The notes: a model not told the origin generated them from the letters alone. 64,000 bases of DNA from Methanobacteriota archaeon (GCA_963720465.1 OY970393.1:992001-1056000); one strand, 5' to 3'; shown: positions 44,985 through 55,267, counted from the stretch's first letter. Numbers and translations are program-made.

Positions 44985-46856
44985 TTGAAGAAAGAATTCA
45001 AGGTTGTTTTTAAACCTGACAACAAGACTGTCAAGGTTGAACGAGGCACGACTGTTCTTGACACAGCTACGAGCTCCGACATTTACATCGATAGCATCTG
45101 CGGAGGCCGAGGCAAGTGCGGCAAGTGTAAGGTCCTCATCGAGGGGAACGTCCATAGCGACGAGACTGACCTGATAACCACTGAAGAAAAAGCAGGCGGC
45201 TACTTTTTGGCGTGTTTGGCTCGAGTCACAGGCAATTTGAAAGTGACCGTGCCCAAAGAGAGTAGGGTGGAATCACACCAAATACTCATGAAAAGCGTGA
45301 CCACGCCTCTGCCAGCGATTGACCCCCCCGTGCTCAAGGTCCCGCTTTCTCTGACTCCCCCATCACTAGCCGACTACGTGAGCGACCTCGATAGAGTCAC
45401 GCACGCGCTGCGCAATCTTGACATAGGGCACGTCACGATCGGGCTGCCCACATTGAAGAGACTAAGCAGAGTGCTTCGAGAGAACCAATGGAACGTGAAC
45501 GTCACGCTGATGGACCTCTGGGACAGAAAAGAGATCATCGATATCGGTGCTCCTTCAGATAACGACTTGATCGGAATCGCAGTGGACATAGGTACTACGA
45601 CGATCGTCGTCGAGTTAGTGGACTTAACAACTGGCAGGGTGATTGACGCTCGCTCTGACTATAACAAGCAAGTCGTGTACGGTGAAGACGTCCTTTCCCG
45701 AGTGATGTACACCGAGGAGCACGAAGATGGCATTAGCAAACTGACAAGTACCATCAGGTATGGTATCAATGACCTCATACGAGAGCTCGTTATCGAAAAT
45801 AACGTGCGCTATGAAAGAATTTGCCGAGTGGTTCTTTCAGGCAATACCGTTATGATGCACCTTTTTTATGGGCTGGATCCCAAGTACATACGCCACGAGC
45901 CTTACATACCGGTGATGTCCATCGTCCCCCAGATGAAGGCGGTGAAGCTCGACCTGAGCGTCAACCCCAACGCCTATATTTATGCGCTTCCGTGCCGGAG
46001 CAGCTACGTCGGCGGCGACGTCACAGCTGACATAATCGCGTCTGGGATGAACGACAATGCGGACATCTCATTACTAATCGACGTTGGCACCAACGGCGAG
46101 GTCGTGTTGGGAAACGATACGTTCCTCGTGTCGTGTTCGTGTTCAGCCGGTCCGGCCTTTGAAGGCGGAGAAGTCGAGTTCGGCGTCCGAGCAATGAACG
46201 GCGCAATTGAGCGCGTGTGGATCAACGACGGTCTGGTGGAGTACTCGACCATCGGCAACGAAAAGCCAAAGGGCATTTGCGGGTCGGGTCTTATCGAACT
46301 CATCGCAGAGCTCTTCAGTAATGGCGTGATTGACCGAACGGGGAAGATTCAGCTAGACAAGAACAACGTCAGAACCGAGGTCGGAAGCAACGGCAACCAG
46401 TTCGTCGTGGCGTACAAAGAGGACACAGCCATTGACAAGAACATAGTCATGACCGACGTTGACATTCAAAACATACTGCGGACAAAGGCCGCGGTCTACG
46501 CGAGCTGTAGTGTGCTGCTCAAAACCTTTGGCTACAAATTTAGCGACCTGAGCAATGTCTTCATCGCAGGGAGCTTCGGCAACTACCTTGACACCAAGAA
46601 AGCGATTACGATTGGATTGCTTCCTGACCTACCCCTCGATACGTTCAAGTTCATTGGCAATGGGGCCCTTGGCGGAGCGCGAATGGTGTTGCTCTCGCGG
46701 AACCTGCAAGACAAAGCAGCAGAGATCGTCGAAAATATGACACACATAGAGCTGAGCGTCAGCAGCATGTTCTTCAAAGAGTTTACCTCAGCCCTTTTCA
46801 TTCCGCACACAGAACTTGATCAGTTTCCCCACATTGCCACACGAGTCTACACGTAG
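44985..46856 (+). CDS. acsV: reductive activator of corrinoid protein (RACo/AcsV; 2Fe-2S + ASKHA)
   Basis: CGGRGKCGKC...LAC, AVDIGTTT, IDVGTNGE, SAGPAFEG, GICGSG. Confidence 0.92.
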   Translation: MKKEFKVVFKPDNKTVKVERGTTVLDTATSSDIYIDSICGGRGKCGKCKVLIEGNVHSDETDLITTEEKAGGYFLACLARVTGNLKVTVPKESRVESHQILMKSVTTPLPAIDPPVLKVPLSLTPPSLADYVSDLDRVTHALRNLDIGHVTIGLPTLKRLSRVLRENQWNVNVTLMDLWDRKEIIDIGAPSDNDLIGIAVDIGTTTIVVELVDLTTGRVIDARSDYNKQVVYGEDVLSRVMYTEEHEDGISKLTSTIRYGINDLIRELVIENNVRYERICRVVLSGNTVMMHLFYGLDPKYIRHEPYIPVMSIVPQMKAVKLDLSVNPNAYIYALPCRSSYVGGDVTADIIASGMNDNADISLLIDVGTNGEVVLGNDTFLVSCSCSAGPAFEGGEVEFGVRAMNGAIERVWINDGLVEYSTIGNEKPKGICGSGLIELIAELFSNGVIDRTGKIQLDKNNVRTEVGSNGNQFVVAYKEDTAIDKNIVMTDVDIQNILRTKAAVYASCSVLLKTFGYKFSDLSNVFIAGSFGNYLDTKKAITIGLLPDLPLDTFKFIGNGALGGARMVLLSRNLQDKAAEIVENMTHIELSVSSMFFKEFTSALFIPHTELDQFPHIATRVYT

Positions 46857-47048
46857 TTGGCGTATCCTTTTCACCTGATACACCTTTTGCCAGATGCGTG
46901 CCCGCCCTCGATCACTGATTACGCGAGACGGCCGCTTGCCGGTCGCCCAATGATGCGATAAATCGCAAGAGTGACCTGTATTTAAGTAGAAGAGCAGCGT
47001 AGGCATAGGCGACGGGGGTTTCCGCACACAGCGTTACGGAGAAACAGC

Positions 47049-47795
47049 GTGCAAACCATTGCGATAACTGGTAAAGGCGGAACCGGCAAAACGACTTTTG
47101 CTTCGCTCCTTATAAAACACTTGAGCAATGAAAGCGTCACCGTTTTGGCTGTCGATGCAGATCCGAACTCAAACTTGGACGCGCGACTCGGAATGCACGT
47201 CGACCAAACGATTGGCGACTTGCGAGAGGATCTGCTCAAAGAGTCATTTCCCGCGGGGGTTGCCAAGAGCGAACTTATTGAGTATCAGATACGCTTGGCT
47301 CTCGTTGAAGGAGACACGTTCGACCTTATCGCGATGGGACGGCCTGAAGGGCCTGGATGCTACTGCTACATCAACAACGTGTTGCGAGATGTCCTCGACA
47401 GGCTCTCCGTCAATTACGATTACGTTGTCATCGACAACGAAGCGGGTATGGAACACCTGTCACGACGCACGACTAGAGATGTTGACGTGCTGTTTATCAT
47501 GAGCGACGTGACCGTGCTAGGCATAATCACCGCCAGTCGGATCAAGAAGCTCTCTGAGAGCCTCAATCTTGTCGTAGGAAAAACGTATTTGGTGCTGAAC
47601 GAAGTCGAGAACGCCATACCGGAAAGCATCAAGGACCAGATACGGCAACAGGAATTAGACCTCATCGGCGCTATCCCAAAAGATGCCTTAGTTGGAGAGT
47701 ATGCTTTGGAAGGAAAATCTCTGTTTGAACTGCCTCGTGATTCGGCAGCGTTTAAAGCAGCTAGCGCGATTGCTGAGCACTCGATAACTCCGTGA
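47049..47795 (+). CDS. cooC: Ni-insertion ATPase CooC/AcsF
   Basis: GKGGTGKTT, VDADPNSNL, GPGCYC, DNEAGMEHLSR. Confidence 0.93.
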   Translation: MQTIAITGKGGTGKTTFASLLIKHLSNESVTVLAVDADPNSNLDARLGMHVDQTIGDLREDLLKESFPAGVAKSELIEYQIRLALVEGDTFDLIAMGRPEGPGCYCYINNVLRDVLDRLSVNYDYVVIDNEAGMEHLSRRTTRDVDVLFIMSDVTVLGIITASRIKKLSESLNLVVGKTYLVLNEVENAIPESIKDQIRQQELDLIGAIPKDALVGEYALEGKSLFELPRDSAAFKAASAIAEHSITP

Positions 47796-47797
47796 AC

Positions 47798-49132
47798 CTA
47801 TCCGTTTGCAAGCTCTTTCAAATACTTTGGCAGTGCAGACGAATCTTTGACACCGACGATGACTTCCCAGCCCGTGAGCTCCTCGAGTTTCATCTTCAGC
47901 ATGGCGATCATGCCGGGAATTATAAGCTTTCGGTGATCCACCTTTTCTGCGACCTTGTACTCCTTAAGCGCCTGTGCGATTGTCTCTGGCGTAAACTTGT
48001 CAGCGGCGAATGCGGTCATCACCGACAGGCCTTCGGTATCGACCACAAGAAGGCGCGCAGGGACTTTGCTCGCTTCAACATCGCTTGCGACGGTGAAATA
48101 TGTGAGGGAGAAATTTGACGTGACGATGACTGGCGAGTTCCGGTTGGGCTTTCCAATATCATAGAGACCTGGATTGACCTGTATGAGCGCCTGGGGATCT
48201 GTGAAGATGTTAGTCCTCAGCGTCGTAAGGGGGTATAACCGCGCGGCATCGAGGTCACCAAAGATAATCAGCGACGCGTATTTCAACGTTCCTATCGCGG
48301 CCCTTATCGCTTGCGTTTCGACGTCCGTCCCGTTGTCCAAGTTTAGCATGACCGGATAGCCCAGGGGCCGGAAAAGCTTCTTGACACTGAGTCGACGCAA
48401 GATGGTGAGCCATTCCAATGCATCGCGTAATGGCTTGGCACCGAGATTTAGATCTAACACGATGTCATCGACGCCTTCGCTTGTTGCTATTTCAGATAGC
48501 GACACAAGCTCATCGACGTCGTCTGAGTAGAGCGCGAGCGGGCACGCGTACTGCCGCGCGAGTTTTGCAAGTGCCGCGCAGTTGTTCGCATTACCGGCGT
48601 AAATCAACGGTTTGGCCTTCGATACGACCTTAAGCCCCACTTCAACGATTTGAGGGTCATGGCTCATCAAAACGAACGGCAATCCGCTGTTTTCTTTCAC
48701 GAGCGTCACCACTTCAGAGAACCGCTGTGCATCCCCTTTCGATTCGACCGCGATCAAGTCCACGCCTGAGATGGTGCCAATCCGCTCGTATTTCATCGCA
48801 TCGAGCTTCTTGGCCCGTTCCACAATGCTTTCGTTGTCGCTGTCGTCTTCGATTACCACCGCATATGCCGTCTGGTTGAAGAACTTCTTCTCGTGTCTGA
48901 ATAGCTCGGTTTCGCCTCCGATTTCTACGTCACCAACGGTGACGGTGCGCATAGGCGGCGAAGCGGAACTCTCGAGTTGTTGCACCACTTCGGGTGACAC
49001 ATATGGACATTTCGTGAGCTCTGTCTGCTTGTTCGCCAGCATCATAGCAAACGCCAGGCACGTGGGCACTCCGCATTCGCCGCAATTCTTTTTGGCTAGG
49101 AGTTTGAATATATCGAGCGCAGTCATCGGCAT
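47798..49132 (-). CDS. acsC: corrinoid iron-sulfur protein large subunit (gamma)
   Basis: NCGECGVPTCLAFA...CPY, RHEKKFFN, TSNFSLTYF, GLSVMTAFAADKF. Confidence 0.95.
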   Translation of the reverse strand: MPMTALDIFKLLAKKNCGECGVPTCLAFAMMLANKQTELTKCPYVSPEVVQQLESSASPPMRTVTVGDVEIGGETELFRHEKKFFNQTAYAVVIEDDSDNESIVERAKKLDAMKYERIGTISGVDLIAVESKGDAQRFSEVVTLVKENSGLPFVLMSHDPQIVEVGLKVVSKAKPLIYAGNANNCAALAKLARQYACPLALYSDDVDELVSLSEIATSEGVDDIVLDLNLGAKPLRDALEWLTILRRLSVKKLFRPLGYPVMLNLDNGTDVETQAIRAAIGTLKYASLIIFGDLDAARLYPLTTLRTNIFTDPQALIQVNPGLYDIGKPNRNSPVIVTSNFSLTYFTVASDVEASKVPARLLVVDTEGLSVMTAFAADKFTPETIAQALKEYKVAEKVDHRKLIIPGMIAMLKMKLEELTGWEVIVGVKDSSALPKYLKELANG

Positions 49133-49137
49133 GGTCG

Positions 49138-50082
49138 TTATCCTGTCAATTCATCGACAACTTTTCTCGTGATCGCTACAGACTTCGGGTGTCGGAGTAT
49201 TAACGCGTTCGCGCCGGCCATTAAAGCCGCCAACGCAGACGCCACCTCCCAAAAGATCGCCCGTTCTCTCTCGTCGCCCAGCTTAGCGTCAACGCGATAG
49301 GCTTCCTTCGCGCCCCACGCCACGCTTATGTCAGCGATCATCGGAGATTGGAGCATCTTATCTCCCACGAGACCGGCGAGTTTAATCCGTTCCATCGCGG
49401 AATAAGCGTATTCCATCCCAAAACCAATTCCAGCCATAAGCGGGTCACTGACGATATGGTCGACTGGCACGCCAAACTCGGTGAGCATGATATTGAGCTG
49501 TTTAGCGATATTCACGTCGATGTTTGAGAACGCGACGACATCGTGGCCGTTGGCGGTCGCCGCAACGGCGATCGATTTGTAACCGTCCTGTTCCGCGCGG
49601 GAGAGCAAACACCGTTCTCCTTTGGCGGCGTCGCCGCAGAGTTCCATGACGCGGGCGTCTTTGTCATAGTCGCCACTTCCCTGTATTACGAGCGGTGCCT
49701 TCACCTGCGCGAGCACGGCCGACACGAGGGAGGCCGCATCTTCAGCGCTGACGTTTGCTTCCTCTGGATTCGTGCTCAGCAGCTTCAGACAGATGAAGTC
49801 TGCGCCATAGACATCAACGCACGCACGCGCCCACGCAACGGGATCCTTGATGACGTCGCCGATTTCATCAATGATGATGTGGGGGTAGTCATCGCCAACA
49901 TGATCGATCACTTCCATTCCGATCGCCGGTCGCGAAACCTTGCCTTCGAACGCCAAAAACGGAAGAGTCGTCTCTCCGCCTAAAAGGAGTTTTCTATCCC
50001 TCGTTCCGCCTTCCTCACCAGTAGCCCCGAATGCAATCTCCTTTATCTTTCCACTCCAACTTTCCTTTGGAATTGTTACCAT
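49138..50082 (-). CDS. acsD: corrinoid iron-sulfur protein small subunit (delta)
   Basis: GGETTLPFL, DVNIAKQLN, GMEYAYSAMERIKLAGL, ILRHP; ~314 aa (short, bacterial-like length); ATG at 50082. Confidence 0.94.
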   Translation of the reverse strand: MVTIPKESWSGKIKEIAFGATGEEGGTRDRKLLLGGETTLPFLAFEGKVSRPAIGMEVIDHVGDDYPHIIIDEIGDVIKDPVAWARACVDVYGADFICLKLLSTNPEEANVSAEDAASLVSAVLAQVKAPLVIQGSGDYDKDARVMELCGDAAKGERCLLSRAEQDGYKSIAVAATANGHDVVAFSNIDVNIAKQLNIMLTEFGVPVDHIVSDPLMAGIGFGMEYAYSAMERIKLAGLVGDKMLQSPMIADISVAWGAKEAYRVDAKLGDERERAIFWEVASALAALMAGANALILRHPKSVAITRKVVDELTG

Positions 50083-50116
50083 CGCCGTAACCACCGAGCT
50101 TCTCACGACGGCGCGT

Positions 50117-53100
50117 TTAAAACATGCCCATCGGCGACATGCGCAGCGCCGGGTGATCGACCTTCGCCAAGTACTGCGCTAGTTCATCCGCATCCGTCGT
50201 AATAGTTTCGTCGGCGATCTTGTCCACCAGATCCGGCAAGCCCAGTTCCTTTGCCCTTTTTTCAAGATCTTCTCGTAGCGCGGCTTTCAGGTCTTTCGGC
50301 ATCCAAACGACGCGCGCTAGCCCTCCATCCGCACGGATAAACTTCTTACTCGTAATGAACTGCCTGCCGACACCAATGAATCCGGGCGTTTGATTGCCCC
50401 CACCGACAGACCCGGCGAGCGTTGAGAACTTCATGCCGATCGGAGTCATTCCCGTGTACTCGCGGTTGACGACGATCACGCCCTGCAAATCACTGTTAAT
50501 CGCCACGATACACTCGAAACATCCACACGACGTCTGCGGATCCTCCATCATAGTGTACTGATTCATCCGCTCGATGTGGCCGTGGGTGAGCTCGCGGACC
50601 GCTTGGTTTACGTTTAACCATTGGCCTTTCTCCTCATCAATCACGGCGCCCTTCTCAACAGGCTTATTTGGCCCGTTTGGATCGATACTATACCCCGCCG
50701 CTGCATCTAGCCAGTTCAGTGCACCACACAGCCCAAGGCGTTCCGGAGAGATGATGCATACGTGGCTCGGGGCGAAGCTCTGACACAACGTGCACGAGTA
50801 GAACGCATCAACGCTCTCGTCCGTCAGCCCTGCAATCCGCCGATCCCGCTGTGCGTAAGCTTCCATAGCCTCTGGCAGATGCTTCTCCACCTCCTTCTCG
50901 TCGGTCATGATGGTGACTTGTATCCGGCTGATAATACCGCCGAGTTCTTCTTTCATCTTGTGGTAAAGGATGTCTCCGAAGTGCTTGAGGCGGAGCCCGT
51001 TGGCCACACTGTTCTTGCTTAGCCGCACCCAGATCAAGTTTCTCTGACCTGTATGCCACGCGCCTTCCGCATAGTTGATGAACTGATGAATGCGCCGCTC
51101 GACGACGGGCTCAAACTCGCTTTTCATGTGCTTTCCATACACTTCAACAAGAATCCCCAGCGCGGACACGCTCCCTTCTTCCATCTCGTCAACGTCCTTG
51201 CCGATGAGCGTGATCTGACCGTCCTTAACAGCATCAGCGTCGCGAATCTTGACGAGCTCAAAGACCTTTGTCTTTGTCGGGCCTCCACACTCGAGGTAGG
51301 TCTGCGGCTTACGCACCGTTTCACCCTCGAAGGCTAGCCCGTAGGCGACCGGCAATGAAACTTCGCCGACCGTGACCTTCATGTTCCGTATCTCTATCGC
51401 GTGTGCGACGATCTGATTGTAATCCTTCTCCACCTCATATTTGCCCGGCACTTCCTCCACGTCTTGATCAGTGATCGTCGGTGAACCATTGAACAGCACG
51501 GCGAACTCAATCGCTGCCTTAATGTCATCAATAGGGCCTAACTGGACGACGACGACTTTTGGCCTTTTTGCCAGGTAATCGGAGAGACCTTCCCTGTCGC
51601 CTGGCTTGACGTTCCCGAAGGTCAGCGCGGCGCGGATTGCAAAGCTCAACGCGTGAATTGCCTGCGTGAATTCGCCTACGCAAAACAGCAGCCGGTCAAG
51701 CCCCTTGTGTTCGCCAATCTCAATGCCGGCCTCGCTAATCTGCTGTATAGTATCAAAGGTAGGAATCACTAACATGCCCTTACTTTGACAATCTCTGATG
51801 ATCTTCGCAAGCAGTTTTGGGTCTCTCGCCTTCCCCACCAACACGAGGACCCCCGGTATGGTATCATCGACGAACGAGATCCCCAACTTTCGCAGCACCT
51901 CGTCAGCGACGAACCCCGTGTACGGAGTGGCCGCGTATGGGTCAGGATTGTCGATGTACTTGAGGGCTTCAACGATTTCTGCAGCGATCATCGTCGCTTC
52001 GCCCGAAGCCACCGCGTTGTCAAACGTGTACTCCTCCCGTATCTTTCCCCTCACCTCTCCGAGGAGCCGCGGCAGCTGTGCGAGTTTCGTCACTCGTTCT
52101 CCTGTCCACGCGGTTATACAAGGAAGGTAATACCCGGTGCTCGGGTATCCTATCTCCTTATCGCGACCGTACTGACGTATCGCCTTGTTCAGCAGCTGGT
52201 CTGCATACCCTGTCGCGATGATAGCCCCGTCAATCCCCTTTTTATATAGATCCTCATTCGAGAGCGCAGGTGCCTCCACCGACGGCGTGGATCCGTTCCA
52301 GTACGTGACCTCGCCGTCTAGTTCACTGTGCGTGTCCATCTTCCATCTGCGGTATTGGATGGTGTTTACCAGCGTCTTCGCGGCGACCGTCGGATCGGGC
52401 TCAAATATAAAGTGACCGCCGTAGACGTCTTGTGCTGTCGCCTGAGCGACTTCATCCGCAAGAGGGCTCCCCTTGATGAACGGGTACACTCCGACGTGCG
52501 TGGGCCATCCGGTTGCCACGCACCACGTCCCGATCGCCACCGCCTTTTCGCTCATGGCTTCGGGCGCGCTCGCGACGATGGGGAGGTCCTGTATGTCGAC
52601 GCCCATTGCCTGCGCGAGTTCGCTGACGAGGTTTTCCACGCGCGAGTTGTCCACGCAGGACCCCATATGAAGGACGAGCGGTAGCGATTGGCCAATGGTT
52701 TTTTCCCCGACGTCTTTGAGAAACGCCTTGAGAGATTCGCCAGCGTACTCGTCGACTGCCTCTGGCGTCAACAAGCCGTGCTTCGCGAGAGATTGAGCCG
52801 CACAACCGGTCACAAGCGTTAGGATGTTATTTTTGACCAGTTCCTTGGCGATAGTCAAATGACAGAGGTCGTGTTCAGCTTTCGCGGGATTGTTGCACCC
52901 CGCGATAAGTGCGATGCCTTGGACATCTCCGCTGCGAATCTTTTCGGCCAGATGCTTAAGCGGTTCTTTTTCGTTAAAGCTGCTCAGTAACGATTTTATG
53001 TACTCGAGACTAAAGCCTGCAACGACCTTGCTCGAAATGTCAGGAATGAATATTTTGGTTGGATCTCTGTTATTGTATGCTTCAATTGCGACGCGCACGA

Positions 53101-54250
53101 TCTCTTTGGCGCCTTCGCGCGCCGCCGCTTCGTTGAATTCGATGTGCGTATCGCCGGGGATGCGGGTAATCGGCATCGTTGATATCAACTTCGTGTGGAA
53201 ACACTGCGTCCAGAATCCCACCGATGGCGCGATACATTGATAATCGATGACCATCACGTCGACGACGCCTGTCATTATCGCCAATTCTTGACTCGCGAAA
53301 TTTGTGACGAGCGGAATACCTCTGCGCATCAACAGTTCGTTACCAGTGCAACAAATGCCGACGATATTAATCCCTTTCGCGCCAGCGGCTATGGCCTCGC
53401 CTTGCAGCTCGTCAGCAGCGTCGCAGATGACTTCGCTCAGTATGGGATTGTGCCCGTGCACACAGACGTTCACGCAGTCCTGCTTTAACGCTCCAAGATT
53501 AGCCTCTGAAACCACCATCTGCGGCGCGCCAAACAAGACGTCTGAGATGTTTGAGCTTATGTTTTCGCCCGTGACATCGCCGAGTGAGCACTTGATCCCC
53601 CCGAATATTAACGGCACCGGATCAGCGTCGCACCCCATGTGCGTTCTGTGCATCACTTCCGTGATCCCTCTATCAATGTTGGTAGCGATTACGTCATTTC
53701 GCTCAAGGAGTTCCAACCTCTTTGGGGGGAGCATGATCTTGAGCCAGCTACACGCCTGGTCATCGTTCCGTGAAAAGTCCTCCAAAGCGGCATTCGCCAC
53801 CGCCACCGCAAGTTCACTTATGCTTTTCTCGTTCTCCAGACCGAGCTTTGCGGCAAGTGCGCGCAGTTTCGCCTCATCTTTTATGCGATAGTCGGGTGCC
53901 TGACCCTCGCCGACCGCTTTAAGCGCGGACGCCAAGTGCCGTCCGTGGTCAGAGTGGGCTGCACAGCCTCCTGCCATCATCCGAATCAGATTACGCGCCA
54001 CAATTGTGTAATCTTTCGCCCCACAGATTCCTCTTTGTGGCTCTTTTCCGAAAGGATTGATCCGACAAGGTCCCTGCAAACAGATCCGGCAGCATAGACC
54101 GGACTCACCGAAGCCACACTGAGGCTGCATGGTTTCAGCCCTATCCCACATCGTTTGCATATGGTCCCGCTCTGCACGTGGCAGCATCTCGAGCGCCGCA
54201 GGGTCCACAGTTACAGCTTTTGTATTTCCTTTGTTACGTCTCTTGTCCAT
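50117..54250 (-). CDS. cooS-acsB: fused anaerobic CO dehydrogenase (CooS/AcsA) - acetyl-CoA synthase (AcsB)
   Basis: One frame, ~1377 aa from ATG 54250. CODH motifs CGFGESGLCCRICLQGPC, HGHNP, GICCTGNE, DYQC, GCNN, TGC, GSCVD, SEKA; ACS motifs CTLCQSFAPSHVC, LCGA, TSCGCFE. Confidence 0.95.
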   Translation of the reverse strand: MDKRRNKGNTKAVTVDPAALEMLPRAERDHMQTMWDRAETMQPQCGFGESGLCCRICLQGPCRINPFGKEPQRGICGAKDYTIVARNLIRMMAGGCAAHSDHGRHLASALKAVGEGQAPDYRIKDEAKLRALAAKLGLENEKSISELAVAVANAALEDFSRNDDQACSWLKIMLPPKRLELLERNDVIATNIDRGITEVMHRTHMGCDADPVPLIFGGIKCSLGDVTGENISSNISDVLFGAPQMVVSEANLGALKQDCVNVCVHGHNPILSEVICDAADELQGEAIAAGAKGINIVGICCTGNELLMRRGIPLVTNFASQELAIMTGVVDVMVIDYQCIAPSVGFWTQCFHTKLISTMPITRIPGDTHIEFNEAAAREGAKEIVRVAIEAYNNRDPTKIFIPDISSKVVAGFSLEYIKSLLSSFNEKEPLKHLAEKIRSGDVQGIALIAGCNNPAKAEHDLCHLTIAKELVKNNILTLVTGCAAQSLAKHGLLTPEAVDEYAGESLKAFLKDVGEKTIGQSLPLVLHMGSCVDNSRVENLVSELAQAMGVDIQDLPIVASAPEAMSEKAVAIGTWCVATGWPTHVGVYPFIKGSPLADEVAQATAQDVYGGHFIFEPDPTVAAKTLVNTIQYRRWKMDTHSELDGEVTYWNGSTPSVEAPALSNEDLYKKGIDGAIIATGYADQLLNKAIRQYGRDKEIGYPSTGYYLPCITAWTGERVTKLAQLPRLLGEVRGKIREEYTFDNAVASGEATMIAAEIVEALKYIDNPDPYAATPYTGFVADEVLRKLGISFVDDTIPGVLVLVGKARDPKLLAKIIRDCQSKGMLVIPTFDTIQQISEAGIEIGEHKGLDRLLFCVGEFTQAIHALSFAIRAALTFGNVKPGDREGLSDYLAKRPKVVVVQLGPIDDIKAAIEFAVLFNGSPTITDQDVEEVPGKYEVEKDYNQIVAHAIEIRNMKVTVGEVSLPVAYGLAFEGETVRKPQTYLECGGPTKTKVFELVKIRDADAVKDGQITLIGKDVDEMEEGSVSALGILVEVYGKHMKSEFEPVVERRIHQFINYAEGAWHTGQRNLIWVRLSKNSVANGLRLKHFGDILYHKMKEELGGIISRIQVTIMTDEKEVEKHLPEAMEAYAQRDRRIAGLTDESVDAFYSCTLCQSFAPSHVCIISPERLGLCGALNWLDAAAGYSIDPNGPNKPVEKGAVIDEEKGQWLNVNQAVRELTHGHIERMNQYTMMEDPQTSCGCFECIVAINSDLQGVIVVNREYTGMTPIGMKFSTLAGSVGGGNQTPGFIGVGRQFITSKKFIRADGGLARVVWMPKDLKAALREDLEKRAKELGLPDLVDKIADETITTDADELAQYLAKVDHPALRMSPMGMF

Positions 54251-54662
54251 ATACCAATGCACCACACTTGCACGCAAGAACGCACGACAACTCCGCTGCG
54301 CCATCGCATAGATCGCACTTAACCGCTTTGCGATCGCGCGTCAATACCGCCCCAAACGGGCACGCATCAATACACGCGAAACAGCCGGTGCAGCGCTCGT
54401 CGTCAATCGTCACCACGCCCGCTTCACTTTTTACGATCGCACCCGCTTCACACACTTCGATACACTTCGGCCGCTTACAGTGCAGACATCGTGTGAGATG
54501 TAGCTTGCCGTCTTTGTATCCGATGGTAAGCCTCGAGATCGGGGAAGGGTGTTCCGACATCGCAGTGTTAATGTCGCCTGACTGGCTATGGCGCAGGGCA
54601 CACGCAAGCTCGCACGTCTTACACGCTACACAGTTCTTCGGAACAAACCTAGCGATCAACAT
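54234..54662 (-). CDS. cooF: CooF-like 4Fe-4S ferredoxin
   Basis: CVACKTCELAC, CLHCKRPKCIEVC, CTGCFACIDACP, KCDLC...CVLAC; overlaps the cooS start. Confidence 0.9.
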   Translation of the reverse strand: MLIARFVPKNCVACKTCELACALRHSQSGDINTAMSEHPSPISRLTIGYKDGKLHLTRCLHCKRPKCIEVCEAGAIVKSEAGVVTIDDERCTGCFACIDACPFGAVLTRDRKAVKCDLCDGAAELSCVLACKCGALVYGQET

Positions 54663-54979
54663 GAGCAGCCGAACTATGCCGTTGATTTTATGAAACCTCT
54701 CATCGCGGTTGAGTACGGTTCACGGTATTCATAATACCACCTGATCCCATCACAGCCGCAGAGAAATCGCTGAGCCATTGGGTGCTTGTGAAAATGCGGA
54801 CTCCCCACAGGACGAGACAAAGTGTCTTTCGCATTCTGCTTGAATGAAATAACGCGATATTGAGCAGTAGGCAACGATCTAATGCTTGTATTATTTTATA
54901 TAACCTTAGTCATATATATGTATAGTCTTACCAAAACGACAGAAAGTATTTATAGTGCACTAAAGCGAGTAAGTTACTA

Positions 54980-55255
54980 ATGGGGCTTGTGAACGTCCGT
55001 CTGTTCGCAAATTTGCGCGAAATCGTGGGGCACCCACAATTAGCTGTAGAGGCAAGTACAATACGCGAGGTACTCACGACACTTCAGGCAGAGCACCCGG
55101 CGTTGCGGTCTGTGCTCTGTGACGACGACGGCAAGGTTCGCTCATACATCACGATCCTCGTAAACGGCAAGAATATACGCGAAATGGAAGCGCTCGCCAC
55201 GACTGTATCAGTTGGCGACGAAGTTGCCATCTTCCCGCCCGTTTCAGGCGGCTAA
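54980..55255 (+). CDS. MoaD/ThiS family ubiquitin-like sulfur carrier (SAMP1-like)
   Basis: VRLFANLRE...ILVNG...IFPPVSGG C-terminus. Confidence 0.93.
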   Translation: MGLVNVRLFANLREIVGHPQLAVEASTIREVLTTLQAEHPALRSVLCDDDGKVRSYITILVNGKNIREMEALATTVSVGDEVAIFPPVSGG

Positions 55256-55267
55256 CTAGCGTAAATA

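Noticed and set aside
44825-45082. N-terminal extension of AcsE in the ORF track (likewise extensions on cooS-acsB, atpK, atpE, moeA and the methyltransferase)
   Set aside because: These extensions overlap neighbouring genes or promoters; family homology begins at the downstream starts used above.
54674-54874. 66-aa ORF upstream of cooF as a leader peptide
   Set aside because: Weak start, no SD and no recognisable motif; treated as untranslated leader.
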